Program-made: the position numbers and the translations under genes
Shown here: piece after piece, positions 28,538 through 38,148 of the stretch
How the letters are laid out: every line of letters starts with the position of its first letter
Numbering within the stretch: the stretch's first letter is position 1
IMG/VR virus record: IMGVR_UViG_3300044798_000072
Span: 1 to 54,748 of that record
Length of the DNA stretch: 54,748 nucleotides
Strand: one strand, 5' to 3'
From: a virus
Taxonomy: Duplodnaviria > Caudoviricetes
Notes under the pieces: model-generated
What the model saw: only the letters and a program-made list of their open reading frames with translations
Database searches by the model: none
Told to the model about the DNA's origin: nothing

Positions 28538-28563
28538 TTGACAGTTGTAAATTCTCGTGCGAA
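28538..28563 (+). promoter_or_regulatory. Putative promoter TTGACA-N16-CGAA
   Basis: Directly after terL stop, upstream of a structured non-coding stretch. Confidence 0.45.
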
Positions 28564-28604
28564 TTGTCTTGCGTGATTGCTACTTTAAAGTTTAATTCAG
28601 TTTT

Positions 28605-28666
28605 GCCGTCTGTGGCCGGGAAACCGGCAAGCGCCGCCAAAGTAGCTTCACACACAGACGGCTTTT
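28605..28666 (+). terminator. Branched hairpin followed by U-tract
   Basis: gccgtctgtg...cacagacggc-tttt enclosing gccgg-GAAA-ccggc. Confidence 0.45.
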
Positions 28667-29166
28667 CCATATCCACCCAAAGCCCGGCACAATTCGCTTC
28701 GGCAGTTAGACCATGACTTACGCTGAATATCTTCAAACTATCGGCGTGGGGCAATAAAATGAAGGGCCATTGACCGGCCTGAATTAAACTCGGTCAACGT
28801 GGTGGCGGCCTTCGGTAATGCTCCGACACTCGCCCAAACGCGGCCAGATGGACTGAAAACCGGCTGGCTTAAAGATGTAAGGCAAATTGGGTTTTAACTC
28901 GATGTTCCGGCTTTGCAGGACGATTCAACTGGCAAACGATATTGCCCGGCTCCCGATGATTAAGGCGTGCCGAATGTTTGAATTGATAACCAATTCTCTG
29001 CGAGGTTGGATTATGCCCAGACCCAAATTCGTGAGTGCTGCATCGTTCAATTACTCCTTCAATTTCACTCCAAGTAATCCCTTAAATTAACCGAACCTTA
29101 ACCAAACTATCCCAAAAATACGGCTCTCTAAGAAATGGCTATGTCGTATTTAGGGACTCCTTTTCC

Positions 29167-29196
29167 GGGCGGGGGGTGGGGGCCGGGGGTGTGGGG
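29167..29196 (+). other. G-quadruplex-forming tract; candidate packaging/terminus region
   Basis: G3-C-G6-T-G5-CC-G5-TGT-G4 in a non-coding gap near terminase. Confidence 0.5.
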
Positions 29197-29302
29197 ACGG
29201 TCAGGGAAAAAAGAATGCTTTGTTGTTGGCCGGCAATTAAGGTGACGCACAATAGTAGTTATATTCAATTGGCTAAACACCACAAGAGACAGCCGTTGAT
29301 TG

Positions 29303-29659
29303 TCAACTGCTTGTGCCGTTTGGGTCTGCTGTTGGCTGTTCTGCCGCTGAAACACCACAAGGCAAGGGCACACTAGCGCTCTCCACTTGTGGTGCTGGCG
29401 CTGACTCAGGCCGCGTCTTGGGCTTCTTGGCAACTGGCCTGAGAGTGCCAGGGAGCGGCTTGCCACGAGCTATTCTGACCTGTTCACAGGCGTCTGACCA
29501 CGCACGGATTAGGGCCGTAATGTCGCGGGCGACCTGCTGTTCGCTTTCGCTTGCTTTCCCCTTTCCCAGCTTCATTGCGAGCTTGTAAGCAAGGTCTTGC
29601 AGTTCATAACCCTGCTGTCGTGTTGGTGTTCGGTCTTTTGGCAAAATTGAGTTGGACAT
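29303..29659 (-). CDS. Hypothetical protein, candidate terminase small subunit
   Basis: Start at MSNSILPK; helical core with basic RIARGKPLPGTLRP; function inferred from position only. Confidence 0.4.
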   Translation of the reverse strand: MSNSILPKDRTPTRQQGYELQDLAYKLAMKLGKGKASESEQQVARDITALIRAWSDACEQVRIARGKPLPGTLRPVAKKPKTRPESAPAPQVESASVPLPCGVSAAEQPTADPNGTSS

Positions 29660-29763
29660 TCTGTTTGGCGATACCTGTTGCTGAACTTGGCACTGGTTGT
29701 GAGCTTTTGCAAGTGTCCATTTTTCTGTTGACTTTTGTCCTGCTTGGCGGTAGGCTATCGGTA

Positions 29764-29928
29764 ATGAACAAGGCAGCACAGGTTTTGGGCCGGCTTGGGG
29801 GATTGAAACGAGCGGCAAACATGACCAGCATTCAGCGTCAAGCCGCCGCTGCCCTTGCTGCCAATGCCCGTTGGACTGCGAAGCGGCAAGCATTGCCCGT
29901 GCCAAGTGCGGCTTCTTCCGTGAAATAA
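29764..29928 (+). CDS. Small basic GRLGGLKRA...ARW protein (putative DNA-binding)
   Basis: Recognisable motif AAQVLGRLGG...AANARW. Confidence 0.6.
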   Translation: MNKAAQVLGRLGGLKRAANMTSIQRQAAAALAANARWTAKRQALPVPSAASSVK

Positions 29929-30028
29929 ATCTTCGGTTTGATTGATTCTTTTCTTGCGTAGCGTTAAGCATTGGATTATTGTCTTGTCAGTAACAGTAAA
30001 CAACCAACCGAACAACACAGACAAAAAT

Positions 30029-30289
30029 ATGACAACCGCAACTGCCCAAGACTGGATTGACACCGACCCAAATGCCTGCCGCGCTGACGTGAAGCGTCTC
30101 GGACTCGACAAAGCGGTCGAATACCAACTCTCCCTGATTATTGACCGCGCCGCCGCTGGTGGTGACAACCGCTGGGACGATGCCGAGGAAAATATGCCAA
30201 ACCAAAGCCGCATGGATGCGGAAGATGTTGCCCGGCAAATAAAGAGCCGCTGTGCTTATTCAGTTCGCACGCGAATCGTCGAAGAATAA
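30029..30289 (+). CDS. Early hypothetical protein
   Basis: ATG after A-rich leader; TTGCGT-17-TATTGT promoter-like sequence near 29954. Confidence 0.6.
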   Translation: MTTATAQDWIDTDPNACRADVKRLGLDKAVEYQLSLIIDRAAAGGDNRWDDAEENMPNQSRMDAEDVARQIKSRCAYSVRTRIVEE

Positions 30290-30461
30290 TTCCCTCGCTA
30301 ACCAACACGAAAGGTAATATGAAAAACACGCATCAAAACGACAAGGCGACTTAGATTGCAAGCGGACCAACAACCGACTCTTACAACCCTTACCGAGTGG
30401 ACACAACGGCCAAGCGGCCATTGGGCGCGGAATTAACCGCAAATGAAAGACCAATAAAACC

Positions 30462-30857
30462 ATGAATGCAAAGACACTTGAAGCAATCACGCGCCACGGC
30501 GAAACCCTGTTAAGGGCTTTCCCGAACGCAACCGAGAAAAACCCTGTAACGCTTTGCAAAAAGTTACGCCGGATTGAAAACGCAGTTGCCAAGCCGATTC
30601 TGGATTACACTAACGGCGACAATGGCATGACGATTGAAAAGCTGGACGTTCAAACGGATAAGGCGTATTCGCGCTTATTACGCTTGCTTGGGAACACTAC
30701 GCCCATTTTGATTAACCGCGATCCACGCGGCCACGCCTTGAAAATAAACGACGCCTGGTCGCACCAGTTTAACGATGGGCAATACGCAGCCAAAATGCCC
30801 GCGCTTTACACCGACATGGGCGGGTATGGCATTCTAGCGCCTGATTTGAACCAATAA
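30462..30857 (+). CDS. Early hypothetical protein
   Basis: 131 aa, NRDPRG and DMGGYGILAP motifs. Confidence 0.7.
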   Translation: MNAKTLEAITRHGETLLRAFPNATEKNPVTLCKKLRRIENAVAKPILDYTNGDNGMTIEKLDVQTDKAYSRLLRLLGNTTPILINRDPRGHALKINDAWSHQFNDGQYAAKMPALYTDMGGYGILAPDLNQ

Positions 30858-30879
30858 CCCACCCACTCAACGCAAAATT

Positions 30880-31350
30880 ATGAAAAGCCAAATAATGCAG
30901 GACGACGTGAAGCGGTTCGCTGCCCGTCAAGAAATTGAACGCGCCGGGGCTTGTGTCGAAACATACAACGATGACGGCATGACGGTTGAACCGGGAAACA
31001 AACGCAAATCAAACCGATACTTTCTCAGAGGTTCCACTCAGAACCTCACAGGTTCTACACAACACCAAGACAGAGGTTCCAAACAGGCACACGAATTTAA
31101 CTCAGTAGAACTTAATTCAAAGAATGGAGAGTCCGCCCCCGTTCTTTTAAGAGCAAAAACGCGGAGCATGGCGGAAATAATTCACTTGGACAAAGAGCGT
31201 GACCGTTTGGAAAAAGAGCGGCAGGACATTCGCAGAAAAGCCGAAACGGGACTGGGCGGATATTCCTACACGGATACGCAACGCGCCCGAATCGTCGAAA
31301 TCAAAGAACGCATCGCAGCCATTGACAAGGCAACACACATTGAATTATGA
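30880..31350 (+). CDS. Hypothetical protein
   Basis: 156-aa ORF, ATGA overlap. Confidence 0.5.
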   Translation: MKSQIMQDDVKRFAARQEIERAGACVETYNDDGMTVEPGNKRKSNRYFLRGSTQNLTGSTQHQDRGSKQAHEFNSVELNSKNGESAPVLLRAKTRSMAEIIHLDKERDRLEKERQDIRRKAETGLGGYSYTDTQRARIVEIKERIAAIDKATHIEL

Positions 31351-31562
31351 ACGCATACACTCAGGCATTAACCCACCTAAGAGGCTGGTCAGACGCGGCG
31401 GGAAGCCGACCCATGAACCAAACCTATTTAGATATGGACGACCAAGCCACAGCCGCCGCTTATTCTGACGGATACGCCTTAGGCAAAGCAGATCGCCGAC
31501 GCGCATCGGATTATTCAGAAGCAAAATTTGGAGTCAAATTTAATGAAATCAAATTACAATGA
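31347..31562 (+). CDS. Hypothetical protein
   Basis: 71 aa, AYSDGY motif. Confidence 0.6.
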   Translation: MNAYTQALTHLRGWSDAAGSRPMNQTYLDMDDQATAAAYSDGYALGKADRRRASDYSEAKFGVKFNEIKLQ

Positions 31563-31615
31563 TTTTCCCCTTTCCAGTTTTCTTTTACGCGGTCAACAAT
31601 TAACACATTGAAGAT

Positions 31616-31846
31616 ATGAGTGAAGAAGTAATTTATCACCTGCTCAAGCCGAAGGAATTTCGGGTGTGGTGCGTCCACAATCGGCCACCCGGCCCAAAGA
31701 TGAACGTGACGCAATTCCCATCCAAGGCGAACTGCGTCAACTGCTTGACGAATTATCGCTATGCCCACAACAAGAGGGCCTGTTTTCACAAACGCTGGAC
31801 TGACCGCTATAACCCACCAGAAAGAACGCCAGCATTGGAGGAATAA
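31616..31846 (+). CDS. Hypothetical protein (CxxC)
   Basis: 76-aa ORF. Confidence 0.55.
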   Translation: MSEEVIYHLLKPKEFRVWCVHNRPPGPKMNVTQFPSKANCVNCLTNYRYAHNKRACFHKRWTDRYNPPERTPALEE

Positions 31847-31848
31847 TT

Positions 31849-32046
31849 ATGAGTGATTACAAATACGAAATGCAGCTTTTGGCCGAACAAGCCGCAGAGG
31901 AAAAATACGGCAAGGATTTCAGCGAGCTTCCTTCATCCGTTCAGGATGAGCTTTACCGCCGAGCGATGGACGATTGGCACGACCAACGAACGGAACAGGC
32001 CGACATGATGCGAGACGCGGCCAGAGACAGAGCAATGGGAATCTAG
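31849..32046 (+). CDS. Acidic hypothetical protein
   Basis: GGAGG RBS, 65 aa. Confidence 0.65.
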   Translation: MSDYKYEMQLLAEQAAEEKYGKDFSELPSSVQDELYRRAMDDWHDQRTEQADMMRDAARDRAMGI

Positions 32047-32075
32047 ACAATTCAAACACAACAACAAATGAGAAT

Positions 32076-32279
32076 ATGAAACTAAAACCTTACAGCATAA
32101 ATTCCGCCAAGCTCGCCCGGTTTCGCGCTGACAGAATCCGCAAGGCTGGAAAGCATAAATGCGTCCGTATCTTGGGCGCGACTGTTAGCCAGATCACCAG
32201 CGGGAGCAAAACTTTGAAACGCCCAAAAGTCCTAGCGCGATTCTACGAGTGCAAAATCTGCGGGCGCGACATGATATGA
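32076..32279 (+). CDS. Basic Zn-ribbon hypothetical protein
   Basis: Start at MKLKPY; HKC...ECKICG. Confidence 0.5.
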   Translation: MKLKPYSINSAKLARFRADRIRKAGKHKCVRILGATVSQITSGSKTLKRPKVLARFYECKICGRDMI

Positions 32280-32532
32280 CTTTCACCCCGTCAATGCGTC
32301 CTCGTGTCCGGCGTGGCCTTTTGCGGTGCTTTCCGCTGAGGCATCGTATCTTCATCCACGCATCGGATTGGCAAGGACAAAGCCGCAAGCCATTGCTCGC
32401 CGCCGGCCTAACACATGGCGCAGGCAGGTTATGGCCGGTTCACCTACCGAGAAAATTGCGGCCATTGGCGGGGTGTTCTTAACGTGTTAAAATGCAATGA
32501 AATACAGTGTTTCACAATTTGTTAAATAATCG

Positions 32533-32561
32533 TTGACACAAACTGTAAAAAAGATTAAGCT
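32533..32561 (+). promoter_or_regulatory. Sigma70-like promoter
   Basis: TTGACA-17-TAAGCT in AT-rich gap. Confidence 0.6.
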
Positions 32562-32570
32562 CTTTCAGTT

Positions 32571-32774
32571 ATGAGAACAAGAAAACCAAAGAATAAATTC
32601 ACCCGATTCTGCGCCGACCTTGACGCGCTTAAAGTTGGCGACACCATTTCGCATTCGATTGATGAGGCTCTCAGGTGGCGGGCATACAATCTCGCCCAGT
32701 TTGTCGGAGTCGAAATCAAGATTCGGGAAATACCGACGAAGAAGGGCCGTTACGAAGTAACGCGCATCCGGTGA
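32571..32774 (+). CDS. Small putative DNA-binding protein
   Basis: LKVGD...YEVTRI pattern, paralog-like to 32870. Confidence 0.6.
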   Translation: MRTRKPKNKFTRFCADLDALKVGDTISHSIDEALRWRAYNLAQFVGVEIKIREIPTKKGRYEVTRIR

Positions 32775-32869
32775 TATGACAGAATATAAGGAAGAACTCA
32801 CCCGTCGAGCAAGAAAGCTAATCTGGGCGTCGAAGATTCAACCGATAACAAAGTGATATAAAATAATTT

Positions 32870-33103
32870 ATGAGCGAAATAAAAATTGAAAATAACATAC
32901 CCTGTCCAGTCGGTCGGGCTTCGGGAGGAAAATGGAAATCTATTCTTTCGACGATGAAGGATGGAGAATCCTTTGTTGTGGACAATCTAACTGTCGCCGG
33001 TTCCGTGCGGGCCTCCGCGCACCAAGCTGGGTTCAGGATAAAATCCCATTGCCTTGATGATGGGAGAGTCCGCATTTGGAAAATCAGCACCATCAAGCCA
33101 TGA
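32870..33103 (+). CDS. Small putative DNA-binding protein
   Basis: IENNIPCP...MKDGESF...GRVRIW. Confidence 0.65.
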   Translation: MSEIKIENNIPCPVGRASGGKWKSILSTMKDGESFVVDNLTVAGSVRASAHQAGFRIKSHCLDDGRVRIWKISTIKP

Positions 33104-33317
33104 ACACATTTTTTATCTGGTGGCATAGACGGCTTGCCGCTCACCACTTCGCGCTGTCAAGGCAAGGATGGAGTATGATGCATGAAGGAAGCTGGCATTA
33201 CGCATGGATGGAATGGCATCTTGACCAAGTAAAACGACTTTCCGCGCCGGAGCGCAAAGTGCCTGCAACGGCTCAGGAGAGCGCGGTTAGGCAGCGAGAC
33301 GGCGCGGGATTGAATTT

Positions 33318-33512
33318 ATGAACGACCAAGACAGAATCAAAGTGGGTGACAAGGTGCATGTGGACTTCAATAACACACAAACCACACTCTGCCATGAGGC
33401 TGAGGTATTGTGGTCGCCGACCAACATGGGCGAATCGTGGATATTCAAAGACACAACCACCGGATTAGTCCACTACGTTTCCGAGGGATGCACAATCTCA
33501 AAATTGCGGTGA
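33318..33512 (+). CDS. SH3-like hypothetical protein
   Basis: IKVGDKVHV, 64 aa. Confidence 0.55.
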   Translation: MNDQDRIKVGDKVHVDFNNTQTTLCHEAEVLWSPTNMGESWIFKDTTTGLVHYVSEGCTISKLR

Positions 33513-33524
33513 ACAAAACAAAAT

Positions 33525-33614
33525 ATGAACGAACCAAAAACAATCGAAATGGAAATCGTCAGTCAAACCGACGACAAGCTTGTAAAATTCGCAACCAAGA
33601 CGGGACTTGAAAAG
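33525..33614 (+). pseudogene. 5' fragment of phage gene interrupted by IS1595-family element
   Basis: ORF start runs in frame into IS end at 33615; probable 3' remnant LRDMARV...QAQRI ends at 35422. Confidence 0.55.
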
Positions 33615-35312
33615 GGCAATAATATACTTGACTCACATGCGGCAAAAGGTTTAATCTTTCCGAAACCTAAACGAAAGAAAAAACCCGTGACCGTTATAAT
33701 TGGAATAATTTGCGAATTTGGAATCGTGCTGGCAAGCGATAGTCAAACCACGTTTGGAGATAACTCTAAAAGGTGTGATGCTGAAAAAATCCGCGTGGTA
33801 AAATTCAAAGAAAGCGACGACAAAGTATTGGTAGCCCAATCAGGGTCAGTTGAAACATCAAGCCGAGCAATAGACGTAATGGAACAATTGGCGGCTGACC
33901 GAAAATTGGAAAACGAAGAAACGGTTATCAGCACTGTCCAGAAAGCCATGCATAAAGTAAGAACAGAAATACGACATCAAAACTTCGATTGCAGCGCGGA
34001 AGAATTCGACAAAATCATAACCAATCACGGATTGGACTGTTCTTTGATGACGGCGAATTTTTTCGACAAGAAGCCTTTTATTCACACATTTAACTTTCAG
34101 CGCGGAACAACTGAAAACTGCAAAACATTTTACGAATCCACCGGATGCGGCTCTGCGCTGTCCAATTATATTTTAAGCGAATTATGTTCACCAAAAATGG
34201 ATTCTCGGTTGGGACAAGCCATTGCAGTTTATGTCGTAGATAAAGCGATCAAACACGTTGCCTACTGCGATAGGCCAATACGATTGGCGACCATTTATCC
34301 GTGGGAGTCGTCATTCTTTCCTTCACCATCAAATTTGCTTGGCTCTCTACTTGATGAATCTAAATCAACAGCGCCGCGCATATTTTCATCTGCTCCGCCC
34401 TTATTTATGGACAATGTTAAGATAGAAGACGCCGAAGAAGTCGAAAAAATCATAAATAAAGTGACTAAAATTGATGAGGAAACAAAGCCGCAGAGAATTA
34501 AAAAGCTACGCGAAGCATTGATTTCTTACGCTGACACAATGAATGACTATTCCCAAGCAGCCTTAACAAAGAAACAAGCACCAAATGAATAACGAATTTC
34601 CACAAACCCTAGTCGCCGCAATTCGGCATTTCTCTGACCCGCAAGTGGCGTTTGACTTCATGGTGAAACTGCGCTGGCCGGACAAGGTGAAATGCCCGCG
34701 CTGCCAGTGTGAGGACGTGAGTTTCATTGCCACGCGCAAAATCTGGAAATGCAAGCATTGCACAGAGAAAGGCCAGTTCTCCGTTCGCGTCGGCACGATT
34801 ATTGAAGATAGCGCATTGTCATTGGACAAATGGCTTGCCGCGATCTGGATGATTGCCAATGACAAAAACGGCGTTAGCTCCTACGAAGTTCATCGCTCAA
34901 TCGGCGTCACGCAAAAAACCGCTTGGTTCATGCTGCAAAGAATCCGGCTCGCTATGCAAACCGGCACGTTTGAAAAGATGAAGGGGGAAATCGAAGCCGA
35001 CGAAACTTATATCGGCGGCAAAGTTCGCAATATGCACGTTGAACAGAAACGCAAACGCGGTCGCGGGACTGGCGGCGTAGGTAAGGCGATTGTTATGGGA
35101 TTATTGGCGCGGCACAGTAAAGCGGGCACAAGTAAGGTGAAGGTCAAACACGTTCCAAACTCCCGGCGCGGCACGGTTCAAGGCGAAATCCGCGAACACG
35201 TCGAGGCTGGTTCACAGGTGTTCACGGATGCCCTGCCATCTTACAATGGGTTGAATCCTGATTACGTTCACGAAGCAATCAATCACGCCGAATGTTATGT
35301 GCGCGGGAATGT
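33615..35312 (+). mobile_element. IS1595-family element with passenger gene, right end deleted
   Basis: Left end GGCAATAATATACTTGACTCA resembles the TIRs at 48720/49963; transposase truncated; no right TIR found. Confidence 0.8.
33687..34592 (+). CDS. Proteasome beta-subunit-like Ntn hydrolase (Thr protease), IS passenger
   Basis: GTG start gives (M)TVIIGI...GIVLASDSQTT...KI...SG...STGCGS; also in frame with upstream ATG 33525. Confidence 0.8.
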   Translation: MTVIIGIICEFGIVLASDSQTTFGDNSKRCDAEKIRVVKFKESDDKVLVAQSGSVETSSRAIDVMEQLAADRKLENEETVISTVQKAMHKVRTEIRHQNFDCSAEEFDKIITNHGLDCSLMTANFFDKKPFIHTFNFQRGTTENCKTFYESTGCGSALSNYILSELCSPKMDSRLGQAIAVYVVDKAIKHVAYCDRPIRLATIYPWESSFFPSPSNLLGSLLDESKSTAPRIFSSAPPLFMDNVKIEDAEEVEKIINKVTKIDEETKPQRIKKLREALISYADTMNDYSQAALTKKQAPNE

Positions 35313-35379
35313 TGCGCGACATGGCCCGCGTGAAGTTGATGGACGAATCACTGTCAGACTCCATCTGGACAAAAGTTAA
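34585..35379 (+). pseudogene. IS1595-family transposase, C-terminally truncated
   Basis: Zn ribbon CPRC/CKHC, KTAWFMLQRIR, EADETYIGG, VFTD, then breaks after HAECYVRGNV before the HTNxIE catalytic Glu. Confidence 0.9.
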
Positions 35380-35464
35380 TGAACTCGCCGATTGGTGCGA
35401 CGAACAAGCCCAAAGAATATGAACAAACAAAATGAACTCGCGGTAAATTAACAAAACAAAACCT

Positions 35465-35899
35465 ATGCCTACCATAAATGACCTAAAACAGTTCAAGTAT
35501 TTAACCAAAGCCGATGTTACACCACCCGTGCTGGTGACTATTCGCAGCTATGAACAAGTCAATGTTGCCAAGGAGGGGGCAGAACCAGAAATGCGATGGG
35601 CGTTGCTATTTGATGAATTGGACAAACCAGCAATCGTCAACAGCACGAACGGCCAAATCATAGCCGCTATCACCAAGAGCGAAGATTTTGACGGCTGGAT
35701 TGGACACAAAATCGTTTTGTTCAACGACCCGAATATCAGCTTCGGGGGGAAACTCACCGGCGGCATTCGTTGCCGCGCCCCGCGCAACCAGTCGGCACAA
35801 ACCGCGCCCGCGCCCTCCGCTGCACCAGCCAAGGCCAACCCCGCGCCAGTTGTTGAAGCTGCCGAGCAAGAGGCGGGAGATTCCTGGGTCCCTTTTTGA
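35465..35899 (+). CDS. Putative ssDNA-binding/recombination protein
   Basis: KYLTKAD, NSTN, WIGHKI, GGIR; acidic tail ending VPF. Confidence 0.6.
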   Translation: MPTINDLKQFKYLTKADVTPPVLVTIRSYEQVNVAKEGAEPEMRWALLFDELDKPAIVNSTNGQIIAAITKSEDFDGWIGHKIVLFNDPNISFGGKLTGGIRCRAPRNQSAQTAPAPSAAPAKANPAPVVEAAEQEAGDSWVPF

Positions 35900-36005
35900 A
35901 ACGCGGATTGATGTTATGCGAAAAATGCGGAAAATTCAAATCGGTTGCTTGGTCGGTTAAACACCAAGCAGCCGTTTGTTTCACTTGTCAAATGGAACCA
36001 GTAAA

Positions 36006-36368
36006 ATGAAAGCTATCGTTTCTCAAATAATTCTGACCAGTTTCAGCAGCCGTGCTGACGGGAGCATGAGCTTTCGCGGCGTGACCCCGGAGCTTTCCAC
36101 CGTGGAAAAAGTTGCCATGATGGAATTGCAAAACCTTAACTGCCGCGCACTGTTTGAACCATCGGACTTTTCCAGCGACGGCAAAGTTGAAATGAAAAAT
36201 CCGATTGGCACAAAGCCGCCAAGCGTCAGGCTTCGCGGCGTCCTGTTTGTGCTTTTCAAGCAGCTTACGGCCAGAGGAAAGCTGGACGGGAAAAACTTTG
36301 ACACGTTTTACGTCGAGCAAATGGAAACCATAATTCAGTCCTACAAAGACCAACTCGAACCTGAATAA
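36006..36368 (+). CDS. Hypothetical protein
   Basis: SRADGSMS, KPPSVRLRGVL. Confidence 0.65.
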   Translation: MKAIVSQIILTSFSSRADGSMSFRGVTPELSTVEKVAMMELQNLNCRALFEPSDFSSDGKVEMKNPIGTKPPSVRLRGVLFVLFKQLTARGKLDGKNFDTFYVEQMETIIQSYKDQLEPE

Positions 36369-36371
36369 ATT

Positions 36372-37019
36372 ATGAACCGAATTTTCTACGACCTCGAAAC
36401 CGAGGGATTGCCAGAAGCCGACCTTGCCAAGCTCATGCCGGAATTCGCGGCGGGCGCAAACCTGAAAGACCCGGCCAAGATTGTCGCCGCCATCGCTGAC
36501 AAGAAACAGGACTGGCTGGACGGCGCGGCATTGAAAGCCATCACCGGCAAGATTGTGGCAGTGACGATTGCTTGGGACGACACTGAGCCGACAATGTTTG
36601 CCAACGACCCCGACGGCGAAATTGGTTTAATCAAGATTGTTTTGCGTGAACTGAAACGGATGATTTCGGTTGGAGGCATGGCTTACGCTTGGAACGGCCA
36701 CGGCTTTGACCTACCATTTCTTTGTCAGCGGGCGGCGGTTCACAACATCCAAGCCTTTCGTGACCTGACCGTGAATGTCCGGGGCAGGTTCTATTGGCAC
36801 GAATCGCTAATTGACCCAAAACTTGTCTGGTCAAATTACTCACCCGACCATACCGGAACCAGTCTGAAATCTGTTGCGCTTGCATTGGGTGTTGGTGAAA
36901 AAATTGGAAGCGGCAAGGACTTCGCCAAACTGCTCAAGGAAAATCCAGCCGAGGCTACACGCTACGCGCTGGCCGACATTACTTTGATGCGTGGCATAAT
37001 AAACCGAATGGGAATATGA
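36372..37019 (+). CDS. DEDD 3'-5' exonuclease (PolB-exo-like)
   Basis: YDLET, WNGHGFDLPFL, YALAD. Confidence 0.85.
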   Translation: MNRIFYDLETEGLPEADLAKLMPEFAAGANLKDPAKIVAAIADKKQDWLDGAALKAITGKIVAVTIAWDDTEPTMFANDPDGEIGLIKIVLRELKRMISVGGMAYAWNGHGFDLPFLCQRAAVHNIQAFRDLTVNVRGRFYWHESLIDPKLVWSNYSPDHTGTSLKSVALALGVGEKIGSGKDFAKLLKENPAEATRYALADITLMRGIINRMGI

Positions 37020-37112
37020 CCAACAACCGCAACCCGAAGCCGGATTCGACCTGACGCCATAAGCAAACCAAAAACGAATATGAAGAAACATCTTGTCACT
37101 GCAAAACGCGCT

Positions 37113-37180
37113 GTGAAACGACAAGCCGCTGCCGGAACTGGAGTGCGTAGCTCCAGTTCTGTGCAGCGCCCTTGTTAGGC
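37113..37180 (-). repeat. attC-like site 1 (degenerate)
   Basis: AAC...cgctgc-cggaactggag/ctccagttctg-t-gcagcg-ccctt-GTTAGGC. Confidence 0.55.
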
Positions 37181-37201
37181 CACTCGCAACGAAATAAAAA
37201 T

Positions 37202-37459
37202 ATGAACATAACATTCGATAAACTGACGCTCGAAATAAACCGAGAGGAGGCATACGCGCTCTACTCGACAATCAAACATGGTCTTGAGGACAGAATCAAA
37301 GACCACTGGCACAACCATCCAGACTCATACGAGAAACTGGAATCTCAACGACTGCACATGATGCGTGAACTTGCCAGATTCACGGGCAACGACTTTAACT
37401 ATGACTCCGCCGAGCTAAAAAGGCTGCTGACGGAATACCAGAAACCTAAAGTGGCCTAA
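37202..37459 (+). CDS. Cassette 1 hypothetical protein
   Basis: Stop TAA inside GCCTAAC. Confidence 0.7.
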   Translation: MNITFDKLTLEINREEAYALYSTIKHGLEDRIKDHWHNHPDSYEKLESQRLHMMRELARFTGNDFNYDSAELKRLLTEYQKPKVA

Positions 37460-37577
37460 CGCCGCGCTATGCCGCGACTCTGGAAACGAGCGTGGAGCGC
37501 AAAAACCGGAATAAAATTATGAGCAAAACAACGAACGTAAGACGCCAAGAGTCGTTGGCATCAGCAAGAGGTTCTAC
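37454..37577 (-). repeat. attC-like site 2
   Basis: GCCTAAC..gctatgccgcgactct / agagtcgttggcatcagc..GTTCTAC. Confidence 0.8.
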
Positions 37578-37761
37578 AGCTTCGTGCGACCTGCGAAGCC
37601 CACTAGCAAAAGCGCGTGACGCATTTCTGGCGAGCGAGGAAGGCGAGAAGCTGACGAATCCAGGCATACTAAGAAGCCGTGACCTGCGCCAATATCTCGA
37701 AAATCGAATCGAACTCGCCTACCTCGCGGGCGTAGCCGATGCCAAAAAGCTAAAGCTGTAG
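37519..37761 (+). CDS. Cassette 2 hypothetical protein
   Basis: ATG in attC2 loop; stop TAG in GTAGAAC. Confidence 0.7.
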   Translation: MSKTTNVRRQESLASARGSTASCDLRSPLAKARDAFLASEEGEKLTNPGILRSRDLRQYLENRIELAYLAGVADAKKLKL

Positions 37762-37889
37762 AACGACCGACTTGCGCCGCAGCCACGGATAACGGCTGAC
37801 GGCTCCGAAAAGGAAAAAATATGAGAGAAGAAAAAGACCAATCGAAAACTGAAAGCGTAGTGGCTGTTGGCTCGAAGGAGTTGTTAGCG
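37758..37889 (-). repeat. attC-like site 3
   Basis: GTAGAAC..gccgcagccac / gtggctgttggc..GTTAGCG. Confidence 0.75.
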
Positions 37890-38042
37890 ATGGAACAATT
37901 ATACGCGAAGCTCAAACACCGAGAGCACGAACAAAGAGTAAAAGCCGTCGAAGCCGTGAACCGTGCCGAAACATACCAAGACGCTTCAATAGAAGTGGAC
38001 TTCACGATGGACAAAATCAAGAAAATGCTCACAAGCAGCTAA
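37821..38042 (+). CDS. Cassette 3 coiled-coil hypothetical protein
   Basis: ATG in attC3 loop; stop in GCTAAC. Confidence 0.7.
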   Translation: MREEKDQSKTESVVAVGSKELLAMEQLYAKLKHREHEQRVKAVEAVNRAETYQDASIEVDFTMDKIKKMLTSS

Positions 38043-38126
38043 CGCAGAGTTCAGGAACGCCGCACGCAAGGCGTCCGACTCTGAAGGCAGCGTCCAATAG
38101 GCGTTTCCTGCAACGATTTGTTGGGC
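38037..38126 (-). repeat. attC-like site 4
   Basis: AGCTAAC-gcaga-gttcaggaacgcc / ggcgtttcctgcaac-gattt-GTTGGGC. Confidence 0.85.
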
Positions 38127-38148
38127 AGCAAAATTGAGATATACAAAA

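Noticed and set aside
28750-29100. tRNA or other known RNA gene
   Set aside because: Hairpins present but no cloverleaf or T-loop consensus recognised
29660-29971. N-terminal extension of the 222-aa minus ORF
   Set aside because: Overlaps the plus-strand GRLGG gene and looks non-coding
31021-31090. Repeated aggttc motifs as another attC
   Set aside because: Only a short hairpin; no paired boxes or complementary cassette ends
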